49,518 nt of DNA, taken from Octopus bimaculoides (taxonomy: Eukaryota). Location: positions 74,564,709 through 74,614,226 of the forward strand of contig NC_068984.1 in the NCBI RefSeq assembly GCF_001194135.2. The letters run 5' to 3'. The notes beneath the pieces are model-generated. The model made no database searches and had not been told where the DNA came from. It worked only from the letters and a program-made list of their open reading frames with translations. The position numbers and the translations under genes are program-made. Shown here in pieces: positions 11,535 through 23,299 of the stretch. Every line of letters starts with the position of its first letter. Within the stretch, counting starts at the first letter, position 1.

Positions 11535-11617
11535 TCTATCCATAAAATATATTTCCAACTTTACCATTGCTCTCTTTATCTTTTTATATATTTATACATA
11601 TATATANNNNNNNNNNA

Positions 11618-11786
11618 CCATCGCTTGACAACCGATGCTGGTATGTTTACGTCCCCGTAACTTATCGGTTCGGTAAAAAGAGACCGATAGAATAAGTACT
11701 AGGCTTACAAAGAATAAGTCCTTTCTCGACTAAAGGCGGTGCTTCAGCATGGCCGCAGTCAAATGACTGAAACAAGTAAAAGAGTA
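11618..11786 (+). mobile_element. SINE family A, 3' half
   Basis: Matches 7195-7380 and ends GCAGTCAAATGACTGAAACAAGTAAAAGAGT. Confidence 0.9.
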
Positions 11787-11957
11787 TTTGAACGCTTATT
11801 ATTTACCCCTGTACGAGAAAATCAAAATAGAATCGCAAAAACACAAAAAGAAAAAAAGTCTCTTAATAGAATTTGTTGTCCCACACAACAAGGAGTGAGA
11901 TCAGTCATTGATTTTTAGCATTCAACTCAATTTGATTTCATCGAAAACCAATGAAAT

Positions 11958-12092
11958 TTTGGGGGTGGGGAGCGGCTAGTCAATAACATTGACCGCAGTG
12001 TGCAGTTGGTACTTTATTTTATCAACCTCGAAAGGACGAAGGTAAAGTCGGCTTCACCAGAATTTGAACTCTGAATGACGAAATGCTGCTAA
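11958..12092 (-). mobile_element. SINE family B, diverged
   Basis: Reverse complement contains GAGTTCAAATTC, CCTTTCGAGGTTGATAAAATAAAGTACC. Confidence 0.65.
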
Positions 12093-12179
12093 GCCTTTTA
12101 AACGTTTAATTGTTATTTACTCATAGCTCATCACCAAATTTAAGTGAATCAGTCACTAACTCCAACAACTGAATGTTGA

Positions 12180-12640
12180 AACAGTCAGCCAGTAAGCCAA
12201 CCAGACTAATAATTTTAGCAACCAATAACGCGAGCAGCTAAGAATTCCATCAGCCAGTCTTTTTAGTAACCAATAAACAATTCCAGTATTGAAGAATTTC
12301 AGCAGCCAATCATTTTAGCACAAAATGATTCCAGTAGCAAAGAATTTCAGCGACTAGTTATATCAGCAGCCTTTAATTTCAGCAGTCAGTAATTCCTGTA
12401 GCTAACTATTTCAGCAACAACTAATTTCAGCAGCCAACCATTTAAGGAATCAATAATTTCATCAGCCAAGAATTTCAGCAGTCAGCTATTTCAGTAACGA
12501 ATAAAAAAAAATTTATCTCCATCGCTTAAGAATATCAGTAGCCAATTCCAGCAGCCAGTCATTCCCACAGCCAAACATTTCTACAGCCAACCCATTCTAG
12601 CAGCCATTTTCTGTAGCTAACAGTTTCAGCAGCCAGTAAA
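12180..12640. repeat. degenerate ~14-16 bp minisatellite, consensus roughly AATTTCAGCAGCCAA
   Basis: Many imperfect TT(T/C)CAG(C/T)AGC(C/T)A units in tandem. Confidence 0.8.
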
Positions 12641-12878
12641 AATAACTCAAGCGCTTCGCTTATCCATTCTAATAGCCAAACCCGTCAGCCCAAGGGATGT
12701 ACACGTAATTTGTCAGAAAACCACGCCTCTGTGAGACTAGTATTTTTCCGTGTAAAATTGCGGGTCAAAACAGACGATGTATATCACCCAGAAATAGCAG
12801 CTAAATCTAGAAATAAAATCAAAAGGATCTCGAAACAGTCGCTTGATTTACTAGAAATAATAGGTAAGTGTTCTTCAG

Positions 12879-13030
12879 GCACGGTTGTGTGATTGAGAAG
12901 TTTGCTTCGCAGCCACAGGGTTTAGAGCTCAATCTTACTGCGCAGTGCCTTAGGCAGGAGTCTTCTACTATAGTCCGAGGATAACCAATGCCTTGTGAGT
13001 GACATGGAAACTACGTGAAAGCCTTTTGTT
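12879..13030 (+). mobile_element. SINE family A, diverged 5' half
   Basis: GGTTGTGTGATTGAGAAGTTTGCTT..GTCTTCTACTATAG..GCCTTGTGAGTG, ending in (TA)n. Confidence 0.7.
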
Positions 13031-13034
13031 TATA

Positions 13035-13290
13035 TATATTTTTATTTCTATTTTCATTCTCTTATTTCCCTCTATATTCCCTATCTCCCCCTTTTCCATA
13101 ATAATTCCTTATTTCGAACTCAAATACTTACCTCTATTTAACCATCTCACATCGTCTCTGATGAAGGATATCCATAATATCCCAGAAACAGCTGTAAGAC
13201 TATATCTATATCTTTTTCCTTATAAATGTCCTGAAAACTCGTCACGTGCTTGGCTTTGTTATCTCATTTTGTCTAATATATATATATATA
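13035..13290 (+). mobile_element. PLE pseudo-LTR (same family as 11361-11600)
   Basis: Shares CCCAGAAACAGCTGTAAGACT with 11515-11535; flanked by (TA)n. Confidence 0.7.
13154..13200 (+). ncRNA. minimal type I hammerhead ribozyme with intact CUGAUGA core
   Basis: GTCT-CTGATGA-A-GGATAT(ccata)ATATCC-CA-GAAA-CAGCTG-TA-AGAC. Confidence 0.7.
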
Positions 13291-13304
13291 CACACAGGGT
13301 AGGT

Positions 13305-13770
13305 GAAAAGTAAGTAGGCATTAAAAATTGGTAATAAAATCCATATTCCTTTTACAAATCTATTGAAGCAAATGATACATGAACTTATAGCAAAATGAAA
13401 GCACCGGTGGCGTCAACAATTTACCTCAAACTGCGAGGGATGGAATAAAAATCACATGGAGTAAGATCTGGACTCCTTGGATTTCTGGACTTCTGCGGTC
13501 ACAGTCTTCAGGTTTTAGCTCCTGCACGTAATAAGGTTTCCACGGACGAAAATTCACTTCTTTATGCAACACCGTACATCTTTTGTGTCTTGTTAATCCA
13601 CTTTCACGAGCTGCTTGACGTGTTAATTTTTACGGGCTGCGATTAAACATTTCCTGCAGCATAGTATTTTCATGGAGATTTTCCATCTCATCAGTATCCG
13701 AAGCACAAGTATTCTGAAGTCTGTAATTAATTTTGGTCACTGATGCCGGTTTAGTGGTCCTTTAAATAAT
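13305..13770 (-). mobile_element. internally deleted Tc1/mariner (DD37D-like) remnant
   Basis: Minus strand gives RQAARESGLTRH..VLHKEVNFRPWKPYYVQELKPEDCDRR, then PRSPDLTPCDF, then IVDATGAFILL*; terminus CAGGGTAGGTGAAAAG next to (TA)n. Confidence 0.8.
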
Positions 13771-13869
13771 GCAAATTTACAGTCAACACATAAGAATTTA
13801 AAAACTTCGTGAACACGAAATGTGAAATAATTCTTTTTAGGAATTATCTCAAAGTAAATAAAATTATAA

Positions 13870-14112
13870 CGGTTTCAAACTTGGCACAAGGCCAGCAATT
13901 TGGGGGCAGTGGTTAAGTCCATTACATTGATCCAGGACTCAGTGTTTAACTGATACTTATTTTATCGATACCCACAGGGATAAAAAGCAAAGTTGACCAC
14001 AACAGATTTTGAACTCAGAACGTATAAACAGACTAATTATAGACGTATAGACTGACTAAGTTCCGTTAATTATTTTGACCGGCGCTTTAACGATACTGCT
14101 AACGATTCTGCT
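13870..14112 (-). mobile_element. SINE family B (tail type 1)
   Basis: Reverse complement has head, B box, core and GCTGGCCTTGTGCCAAGTTTGAAACC tail. Confidence 0.8.
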
Positions 14113-14834
14113 ATAAAATGATAGCGTGTAAATGTTGGGTTAAAAACCTTTGGTTTGGGAAAGACAAAGGCTGTCCTTGGAACTCGAAAATACATCTGCT
14201 GTCGACAAAACAAGCATTCTATCATTGGACTACAAGAAAATTCGTAAAGGAGAAAGAATACTTTTTATGACGTCAACAGCATACAAGTGTCGTTGCTAAG
14301 GATATAGTCTCTAAAATGGATGAACACATTTGAAGGTTTACTCTGACCCGTGGTAGACCACGTGTCATATTTATGGAAGATGTGGGTTCGAGTTCCATTT
14401 TCTAGCCTAAGGGGTTTTTAGCCCAAATGTACGCACTATTAGCTTATTTGATTTGAGATTAAGCGTTCCTAAACAGATTTGGTCAAGCCATACTCTGCCC
14501 AGTGATTCCTGAAGTTGACAATTTTCCTTTCAAATAATCTCTTTATTTGTACTCTCATTCGTGCAAACAGTTGGTGGAGAGAAATGTCTCAAAAACATGC
14601 CAACAACACTGATTTTCATGAATAGCTAAATATTTTCTTGGAACTATTTCCATTGGTTCTAACTCACGCGATGTAGCAAACTACAATGACACTACAGATA
14701 CAACGGAACAATGTCGTATGCAATTTTGTTTGTATGTGTAAAAGCTAATTTGCTCTCTTTTGATGCAAAAGTTTGCCATGGTGGTTGGTTCGATGCGTGA
14801 GATATATCGTTTTCGTTATTTTCGGTAAAGTTAT

Positions 14835-14975
14835 TCAGTTACGGTCCTTTAAGTTCCTATTTCAGATCCCGCTGAAGTCAACTTTGATTTCTCTCCTTTC
14901 GAAATCGCTAAAATAAAAAAAAGGTCACGTACTGGGGTTCATGCCTGAACTGACTTCCCTCAAAATTGCGGTCCT
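14835..14975 (+). mobile_element. SINE family B, old copy
   Basis: GAAGTCAACTTTG..CCTTTCG..TAAAATAA..ACTGGGG core remnants. Confidence 0.5.
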
Positions 14976-14999
14976 TTTATCTGAATAAGAAGCCCATCG

Positions 15000-15620
15000 C
15001 CATTTGACAGCAGCCCCCAATACGGTCAGTCTCAGTTTTCAGAGGTGGGACTGCAGCAATGTACAGTAGCACTTTCTCAGTTGTCAAATTGAACATCCAC
15101 CTGTTGGAATTTTTTCATATTGCTCGCTCGGTCTGTCTGGAGTATCCTTCTCGTCTCTTTTATACATTCTGGCTCTCGAGCCATTGCTTCAGTAATTAGA
15201 ACCTTTTGGATATATCCTGTTCAACCTAGAATGCGGGAGAGCTGTGTTAGTTTATGCGAATGCAATCATCATTGCGGCGTCGGACGCCACAGAAATGGAG
15301 GTATTCGGTTCTATTCTAAAGGACTACGTGACGATGAAAAGAGCAAAGATAAATCCCAACAAGTTGGTGGGCTTTCAGTTTTGCTCCTGAAGAGGCAAAT
15401 ATAAGCCAACGAAAAGCGTTAGGTGGCTGGACAGATGAACTGATTACATTGCTGAAGTTTTAGTTCAAGAGGTCCGGGACTGAGACAAGGTAACGAACGG
15501 AACAAAATGCATAAAATGGGCCAAGAGGAAGCTGTCCGTGAAAGGTCAAGTTGTAGAAGCGAATTCCTACACTACTCTCATCATCATTTAAAATATGACT
15601 ATCATACCTTGTTCCAGTTT
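15000..15620 (+). mobile_element. decayed L1/Tx1-type reverse transcriptase fragment
   Basis: AMYSSTFSVVKLNIHLLEFFHIARSV, SSLLYILALEPLL (cf. QGCPLSPLLYILALEPLL), YANAIII (degenerate YADD), AKINPNK, WAKRKLSVKGQVVEAN; may continue to about 16100. Confidence 0.8.
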
Positions 15621-16559
15621 CTAATTGCCTAGCATTGCTACCGAAGGGCCTTATCAGTTCGAAATAAACTCAACAGGTATTGAAATGCCCTTAGACAGAG
15701 CTGTCCAAGACTCACCCAGAGCAACAAAATGGCACTACATGCATTCGCACGGTGTTCAATAATCGCTAATTTTTGGAATTAATTAGAAAAGCTGTTGTCA
15801 TGTGTGTGACGGATCCGAATATCCACCTTGAATATCACCCAACCGCTCTCCTTAGATGATGTCTGGTCCACGAAGCTAAAAGGTGTGAGCGCAGGTATCT
15901 TCCCCTTCACTCAAGAACTCAATGGCATTTTGAATGTTTCACTTTGAGAAAGGAACTAACCTAAGCAAACGCCTGTATAATGGAGGTAAGGACACAGGCT
16001 TTTGATGTGTGACCCTGAATCTGAGTTGTTTCTAAACTGGTCCTATTTGGTGAATCTCCTGTCTCAGGAAGACTGCTTCATCTAAGCATTCACATACTTT
16101 ACAGACTACAGCGTCTGCGTATGCATTTTCTTTTTTTCTTTCTCTCCTTCCCCCTTTTCTCGTTGCCGTTTTTTTTTTTTTTTATGTAAGCCCCACACAA
16201 TTTTTAACCTGTGTTAGCAATGCACCATCCTATCGGACGCCCATGCTGTAAAATAAATCATCATTATTATCGTCATCGTCGTTGTAGTAGTAATCGTCGT
16301 CATCATCATCATCATCATCATTTGTTGCGGGTATCGAGCTGAAGATGTTTAAACATCAACCACATCAGTTTCACCTGTCTCGAAGATCTTACGAAGGTAG
16401 TACACGTTACTCATTCCTACATTTCTCCAATCTGCTCACAAATCTTTTTTTAAGTCTTAACTTCCTTCCTGTCGGGAAACTCTCTCATCTGACGTTAGGC
16501 TTCTCTGAGGTGGGGGGAGAAATTAAAAAACAAAAAAACAAGAATAGTTTTTCAATTTA

Positions 16560-16829
16560 CACAAGACGAAGAAAGGGGATGGAGGAGGAAGATGAAACAG
16601 AGGGGGGAGGCTTTATAATACGATAAAAAAAAGTAAAGATAAGAAATAATAATATAGACTACCACCACCACCACTACGGCCATCGTCATTATAAATAATA
16701 ATAATAATAATGATGATGATGATAATAATAATAATAATAAGAAGAAGAAGAAGAAGAAGAAGGAGGAAGAGGAGGAGGAGGAGGAGAAAAACAAGAAGAA
16801 GGAGAAGGAGGAGGAAGAGGAGGAGGAGG

Positions 16830-16862
<33 letters not shown>

Positions 16863-16870
16863 AGAAGAAG
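16560..16870. repeat. purine-rich trinucleotide repeats (TAA/GAA/GAG) running into a gap
   Basis: Directly visible. Confidence 0.95.
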
Positions 16871-17671
16871 NNNNNNNNNNNNNNNNNNNNNNNNNNNNNN
16901 NNNNNNNNNNNNNNNNNNNNNNNNNNNNNNNNNNNNNNNNNNNNNNNNNNNNNNNNNNNNNNNNNNNNNNNNNNNNNNNNNNNNNNNNNNNNNNNNNNNN
17001 NNNNNNNNNNNNNNNNNNNNNNNNNNNNNNNNNNNNNNNNNNNNNNNNNNNNNNNNNNNNNNNNNNNNNNNNNNNNNNNNNNNNNNNNNNNNNNNNNNNN
17101 NNNNNNNNNNNNNNNNNNNNNNNNNNNNNNNNNNNNNNNNNNNNNNNNNNNNNNNNNNNNNNNNNNNNNNNNNNNNNNNNNNNNNNNNNNNNNNNNNNNN
17201 NNNNNNNNNNNNNNNNNNNNNNNNNNNNNNNNNNNNNNNNNNNNNNNNNNNNNNNNNNNNNNNNNNNNNNNNNNNNNNNNNNNNNNNNNNNNNNNNNNNN
17301 NNNNNNNNNNNNNNNNNNNNNNNNNNNNNNNNNNNNNNNNNNNNNNNNNNNNNNNNATATATATATATATATATATATACGCACACACACATATATATAA
17401 TCTATATATATATAAATAAATAAATCTCTCTCTATATACATTATCTGTCTATCTGTCTATTTATCTCTCTGTTTATTAGTCCATCCATCTATCTACCGTA
17501 TCAATCCATCTGCCTTTCTATTTACCTATCTATATATTTTTCCACCTCCCCGACATGCATACATACCACAACAAACACTACCACAGTCAGCCAACCAGCA
17601 TAACAACCTCTATTAACATTAGCACAACATTTCGATGTATCTTGGAATTATATTTAACTACCCACCTACAT

Positions 17672-17715
<44 letters not shown>

Positions 17716-18101
17716 TTGAAATAGCAGTTGAATCTTCTCAAATTATAACTTACCGCCTTGAAAAGGATATGTGGTGTAATATGATCCTTAGGTCAATAAC
17801 ATAAGAAAAAAATGGGAAGGTCACGGATGGAGTGACTTTTCACATTGATCCGGTTGATATTGATTCATATAAGGCTAAGCAGTAACAGCAACGTTCAGGA
17901 TTTGCATAGCCCTGCCACCGTTACCACCTGAACCACCATCATCTTAACCACAAACAGTGCTATCTCCCAACCTCAATTCGATCTCGGACCTCTATATTGA
18001 TTACAGCTGGAAGAAACAGCAGTTAAATCTCCTACCAATGAGAATGTTATTTTTAAAAAAAGAAACGATTTTATAATCGACGATATAGTCTCACGTATAG
18101 T

Positions 18102-18489
18102 TGTTGTTGTTGGCACTCCGTCGCTTACGACGTCGAGGGTTCCAGTTAATCCGACCAACGGAACAGCCTGCTCGTGAAATTAACGTGCAAGTGGCTGAGC
18201 ACTCCACAGATACGTGTACCCTTAACGTAGTTCTCGGGGATATTCAGCGTGACACAGAGTGTGACAAGGCTGACCCTTTGAATTACAGGCACAACAGAAA
18301 CAGGAAGTAAGAGCGAGAGAAAGTTGTGGTGAAAGTGTACAGCAGGGTTCGCCACCATCCCCTGCCGGAGCCTCGTGGAGCTCTAGGTGTTTTCGCTCAA
18401 TAAACACTCACAACGCCCGGTCTTGGAATCGAAACCGCGATCCTATGACCGCGAGTCCGCTGCCCTAACCACTGGGCCATTGCGCCTCC
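18102..18489 (-). mobile_element. tRNA-derived SINE family C, full length
   Basis: Minus strand GGAGGCGCAATGGCCCAGTGGTTAGG (A box), GGTTTCGATTCC (B box), (CAA)n tail; 9-bp TSD ACGTATAGT at 18093-18101 and 18491-18499; second copy at 39336. Confidence 0.92.
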
Positions 18490-19189
18490 TACGTATAGTA
18501 TGCACGAAAGAAAAGACCAAATGGCAACAACCGGAAAACTTTAGAGTGATAGAGAGGCCTGCGTTAAACAGTGAAAAGTATCAACAACGCTGTAGCAATA
18601 TCAACCACAACAGAGCCACTGTTATAAATAATATCATTCCTAAAATATTCACCATCAAGGTCATGACATACGCCATGACCACTTACACAAACACCATACC
18701 ACCTAGGAACACATCTGTCTTCTTTAACGCCATCAAATCCATAGTAACATCAAAGCCATGTACATTGTCTCACTTGCTGTCCAAGAAGTTACTAACTCCC
18801 ATAGTAACCATGTTGAAGACCACCCACTTTCAAATAACAATTTAAAAGCCCTGAGCCGTGTGCATTCACTCACCTGTGACAACCTTTACTCTCTCATTTT
18901 TACCACACATCTTCTGTCTGTTTGTCTGTCTGTGTCTTTCTCTCTCTTCTCTCAAACACACACACACGCGCACACACACTCACTTCCTCTTCTCATCTCT
19001 CACGCACATAAGGTATAATATACATATGTTTAGAAACACAAACACATACAAGCGCACACATACACACAAACAAATATTATATTACATTTACATTATAATA
19101 TAATTGTATTTTCCGTTTGTTTGTACTTTTATGTATAATTTTTGCATACACACATAACACACACACACATATATACTCAAAGAGAGAGA

Positions 19190-19195
19190 GAGAGC

Positions 19196-19285
<90 letters not shown>

Positions 19286-19345
19286 AACAAAGAAAGAAAG
19301 ATAGAAAGAAAGAAAGAAACAAAGAAAGAAAGAGACAGATAAATA
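19190..19345. repeat. (GA)n / (GAAA)n microsatellite
   Basis: Directly visible. Confidence 0.95.
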
Positions 19346-19445
19346 GATAAATTATTTCTCTGATAGATAAAATTTATCGTTATGTCATGTGTTACGGTTG
19401 CTGTGGACAAGGAAACTATCCCCAATCCAAAGTCGGGCCGAAGTT

Positions 19446-20750
19446 TTGTATTTTTTTATTACCCACTAGGGGCCAACATAGAGGGGACAACACAACCTGA
19501 TTTGGGATCAGATACACAAATATGAAAAAACAAAAATGAATTTTAAAATTTCAACAAATATAACTCGAATGACATAACAATACTGTAAGACAAGACAAAT
19601 AGAATGGAGAGGCGGGTTCAGCTTGGACCCCACAAGCCCCGTTTCGCCACTGATAACTGATGTAAGTCATTTGTCGTATTTATGTTGTCACTGTCATACG
19701 CAACATCCGTACTACATTCTTCCATCGACTATCGAACATTTTCTCCAACAGGCATCTTTTCTCTAGCTCTATTTTTCTTTTTAGGTGAAACCTAAAGAAA
19801 TTCACAAGTGCAGAGCCAGAGATGCAGATACCTGTCTTTAGTCCTTTCATTCTAGTCTTCCAAATCACCGCTTTCGCAATTGCTACTACTGCGAGAAAAC
19901 AATTCTTACTTTCTTTCGATAAGGAAACAGGTGGGTCAATTTTTATAATTGACTCAGACAACAGCATTATTCTTCCTATACTCGACAACAGTTGTTCAGC
20001 ACAAACCCACATGTCCGACACCTCCGAACACTGAACAATAGCATGCAGGACGGTTTCTCTATCCTGCCCGCATCTTGGACAGGTCGATGGGCCGGGACAA
20101 CCGTGTCTTGTGAGCTTGTCACGAACAGGCAAGGCTCTTCGGTAACATTGCTAAGCCAGAGACTTCTGAAAATTATCTAGGGTTTTCGGCCTGAATGTAC
20201 GTTAGAGCAGACTGGCCAGCTGATTATCAACGAGATCTAGGGCTTCCCCTAAGGTGTCGTCACATTCCAACTACTATCCCTCTGTAGAAAAATGTGGTTG
20301 AATCACCACCGCTGGCATTACCCGAGCGACAGAATAGCAGGAGAGCCTTACGGCACTCCGTAAACCATGTATCCAACTTCGATCTACGATAGAACCAGGT
20401 TTCCCGTCCACCGAAACTAGTGAACCTGGGAAACATCTGTTTCGCAAGCGGAGACCAGACCCGTTCACCGTACAGGTGGAGCCACAGATGCCTCAACCTC
20501 AGCGCATGTCTGCGCATCAATAGCCAAGGCATCCCTAGTCCACCCTTTAAAGCTTCCTGGCAGCAAATAGAGCGTTTCACAAGCGGTTTCGAGTTCTTCC
20601 ACAGGAAGCAGAAGAGTTGTCTTTCCAGCTTGATTAACCACGAGTCAAGGCAAGGAACGACGGTTAGGCAGTAAATGATGACCGATGCGATAAACACATT
20701 GGCCACCTCCGCCCTGAAACCTGGTTGAAGAGACCAAGAGACCTGCTCCC
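19446..20750 (-). mobile_element. 5'-truncated L1/Tx1-type LINE (ORF2 C-terminus, zf-RVT, 3' UTR)
   Basis: RAEVANVFIASVII..FLWKNSKPLVKRSICCQEALKGGLGMP (RT thumb), ALPVRDKL..CPRCGQDRETVLHAIVQC (zf-RVT), 3' UTR ending GGCCCCTAGTGGGTAATAAAAAAA; stops/frameshift between ORFs 20260..20778 and 19680..20132. Confidence 0.92.
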
Positions 20751-20751
20751 T

Positions 20752-21390
20752 CTCATCTATGCATTTATATGTATACATATATGCATATTTATGAAGATAT
20801 ACATACTTATATGTAGCTTATGTATGTTAAATATGTATATACGCGCGCGCACACACACACTTACACACACGCAGATATATATATGCATATAATTAAATTT
20901 ATATTTATGTTCACATAATTACATATTTATATGCATATTATATTTATATACGCATATTATGATTATGCATATATATACACTTACACACAGATAGATAGAT
21001 AGATAGATATACACATAAATACATATATGCTATACATACATACATGCATACATACATACACATATATATATATACACATACAAATAAAATATATGAAGGC
21101 ACACATAAATCAATGCCTGCATATATACATGTATGTATGTATGAATGTATGTATGTATATATGTATGAATATATGCATGTGTGTATGTATTTATTTATGT
21201 ATGTATGTATGTATGTATGTATGTATGAATGTATGCCACACATTATTATGAATTCAATTTACTCACACATTCAGAAACACAACAAAATCTTTTAAAAAAA
21301 GAACCATGAATTCATACGCACACACAAACACATATATACATACACCTTAGCAGATAAACATTCAGACACATGCACACGCATGCAAATTAT

Positions 21391-21424
<34 letters not shown>

Positions 21425-21425
21425 A
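20752..21425. repeat. mixed (TA)/(CA)/(TATG)/(GATA) microsatellite field
   Basis: Directly visible. Confidence 0.9.
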
Positions 21426-22136
21426 ATCAACGCAGCAGGCAAAATGTTCTTAATGTTAGTTCTATCAAAGAAAAAAAAGAAAACACCTCCCCCACCACAG
21501 CCATCAGCATCACTGTTACGCTTTCTCTTATCCTACGTGTGCTTGCATAATGGATGATGGTAGTGATTCTGTAGGTGGTGGTGATTGCTGTGGCNNNNNN
21601 NNNNNNNNNNNNNNNNNNNNNNNNNNNNNNNNNNNNNNNNNNNNNNNNNNNNNNNNNNNNNNNNNNNNNNNNNNNNNNNNNNNNNNNNNNNNNNNNNNNN
21701 NNNNNNNNNNNNNNNNNNNNNNNNNNNNNNNNNNNNNNNNNNNNNNNNNNNNNNNNNNNNNNNNNNNNNNNNNNNNNNNNNNNNNNNNNNNNNNNNNNNN
21801 NNNNNNNNNNNNNNNNNNNNNNNNNNNNNNNNNNNNNNNNNNNNNNNNNNNNNNNNNNNNNNNNNNNNNNNNNNNNNNNNNNNNNNNNNNNNNNNNNNNN
21901 NNNNNNNNNNNNNNNNNNNNNNNNNNNNNNNNNNNNNNNNNNNNNNNNNNNNNNNNNNNNNNNNNNNNNNNNNNNNNNNNNNNNNNNNNNNNNNNNNNNN
22001 NNNNNNNNNNNNNNNNNNNNNNNNNNNNNNNNNNNNNNNNNNNNNNNNNNNNNNNNNNNNNNNNNNNNNNNNNNNNNNNNNNNNNNNNNNNNNNNNNNNN
22101 NNNNNNNNNNNNNNNNNNNNNNNNNNNATATATATA

Positions 22137-22502
22137 TAGGTGCAGGCGTGGCTGTGTGGTAAGAAGCTTGCTTCCTAACCACATGGTTCCGGGCAAGTGT
22201 CTTCTACTATAGCCTCGAGCCAACCAAAGCCTTGCGAGTGGATTTTGGTAACTGAAACTGTATATATTTATGTGCATTCCTTTTTGTCTATGTTTGTCCC
22301 CCCACCACCACCACCACCATCGCTTGACAACCGATGTTGGTGTGTTTGCGTCTCTGTGACTTAGCTGCACGGCAAAAAGAGACCGATAGAATAAGTACTA
22401 GGCTTACAAAGAATAAGTCCTTGGGTTGATTTCTTCGAATGAAAAACCCTTTAGGGTGGTGATACAGCATGGCCAAGTCAAATGACTGAAACAAGTAACA
22501 GA
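22137..22502 (+). mobile_element. SINE family A with small internal deletions
   Basis: Both halves present; head reads GGTTCCGGGCAAGTG instead of GGTTCCGGG-(about 26 nt)-CAAGTG. Confidence 0.88.
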
Positions 22503-22554
22503 ATATATGTATATATATATTTTTATGAGTAATGTAACAGTTTAGAAAAAAAAA

Positions 22555-23260
22555 GCCAGTAGTTTCATATCTAGTGTGAACTAGACGTCTCTTCAGTTTC
22601 TCTAAACGATAACTGTTCTCTACAAAGAATGTTTTTTTTTAAATACAAGAACGTTGGTGATAGCTCAAGAAATACTCCTCTTAAAAAATAATGGCCGGGC
22701 GAGTTATCTTCCTTCGCTTGATAGTTAGGTTTTCCAGTTTTGAAGTAAACATTTCCGAAAATGTGGACAACTCCCCACGGCTTCCGCCCAGGAGTTTAGG
22801 TAGCCTCCTGGTTCATGTGAGTTCATAAGGATATATATTTTTCTGCCATGTACCATTTCCATAGTCTTGTTCCATTGCGATAGGGTCCACATGTTTCTAA
22901 TAATTTCCACCTGATGTTAAAGCACCTATGATCGTTCTTTAAGCGCCATACGTATACTGCGAGTGATGTTCTGTTGCGTCTCTCCGGAACCCTGCAAGAA
23001 GATCTGTGGTTGTTCAGGCGAATTTTAAACTTGGATTCATAAGATCCGACATAAATTTTAGTGTGTCCCTGAGTTGGCATTGATGTTACTGATATTTGTG
23101 CTGCTTCTGTTTGAGGCTACCTTTGCTTGGTATACTGTAGCCTCGGTGTTACATCGGCCGTCGACTGGGCATTCATTTCTAATCCTGCATGAACAATCTG
23201 CCTCTGTCCGTGGTTTGTGCAAGAGAGAGAGGAAATGAAATAAGGGTAGATAAGTGGGGT
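22555..23260 (-). mobile_element. Penelope-like element 3' part: GIY-YIG endonuclease plus downstream hammerhead-like motif
   Basis: CSCRIRNECPVDGRCNTEATVYQAKV..KIYVGSYESKFKIRLNNHRSS..TSLAVYVWRLK..FNIRWKLL..PYRNG..AEK..NSWAEAVGSCPH; frameshifted and degenerate. Confidence 0.9.
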
Positions 23261-23299
23261 TGCTGAAAAGTTTTTGGTTGATCCGCACGAAATCTAGTC

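Larger units (their letters stand above)
10560..11600. mobile_element. Penelope-like element with inverted pseudo-LTR duplication and truncated ORF
   Basis: About 245-bp inverted repeat (10663-10908 vs 11361-11600), 28-bp inverted repeat (10561-10588 vs 10915-10942), PLE N-terminal ORF and hammerhead motifs. Confidence 0.85.

Noticed and set aside
17898-17910. Octamer ATTTGCAT
   Set aside because: A single 8-mer with no snRNA or promoter context.
18387-18845. 152-aa ORF
   Set aside because: Starts inside antisense SINE-C and continues through decayed ACC-rich low-complexity DNA.
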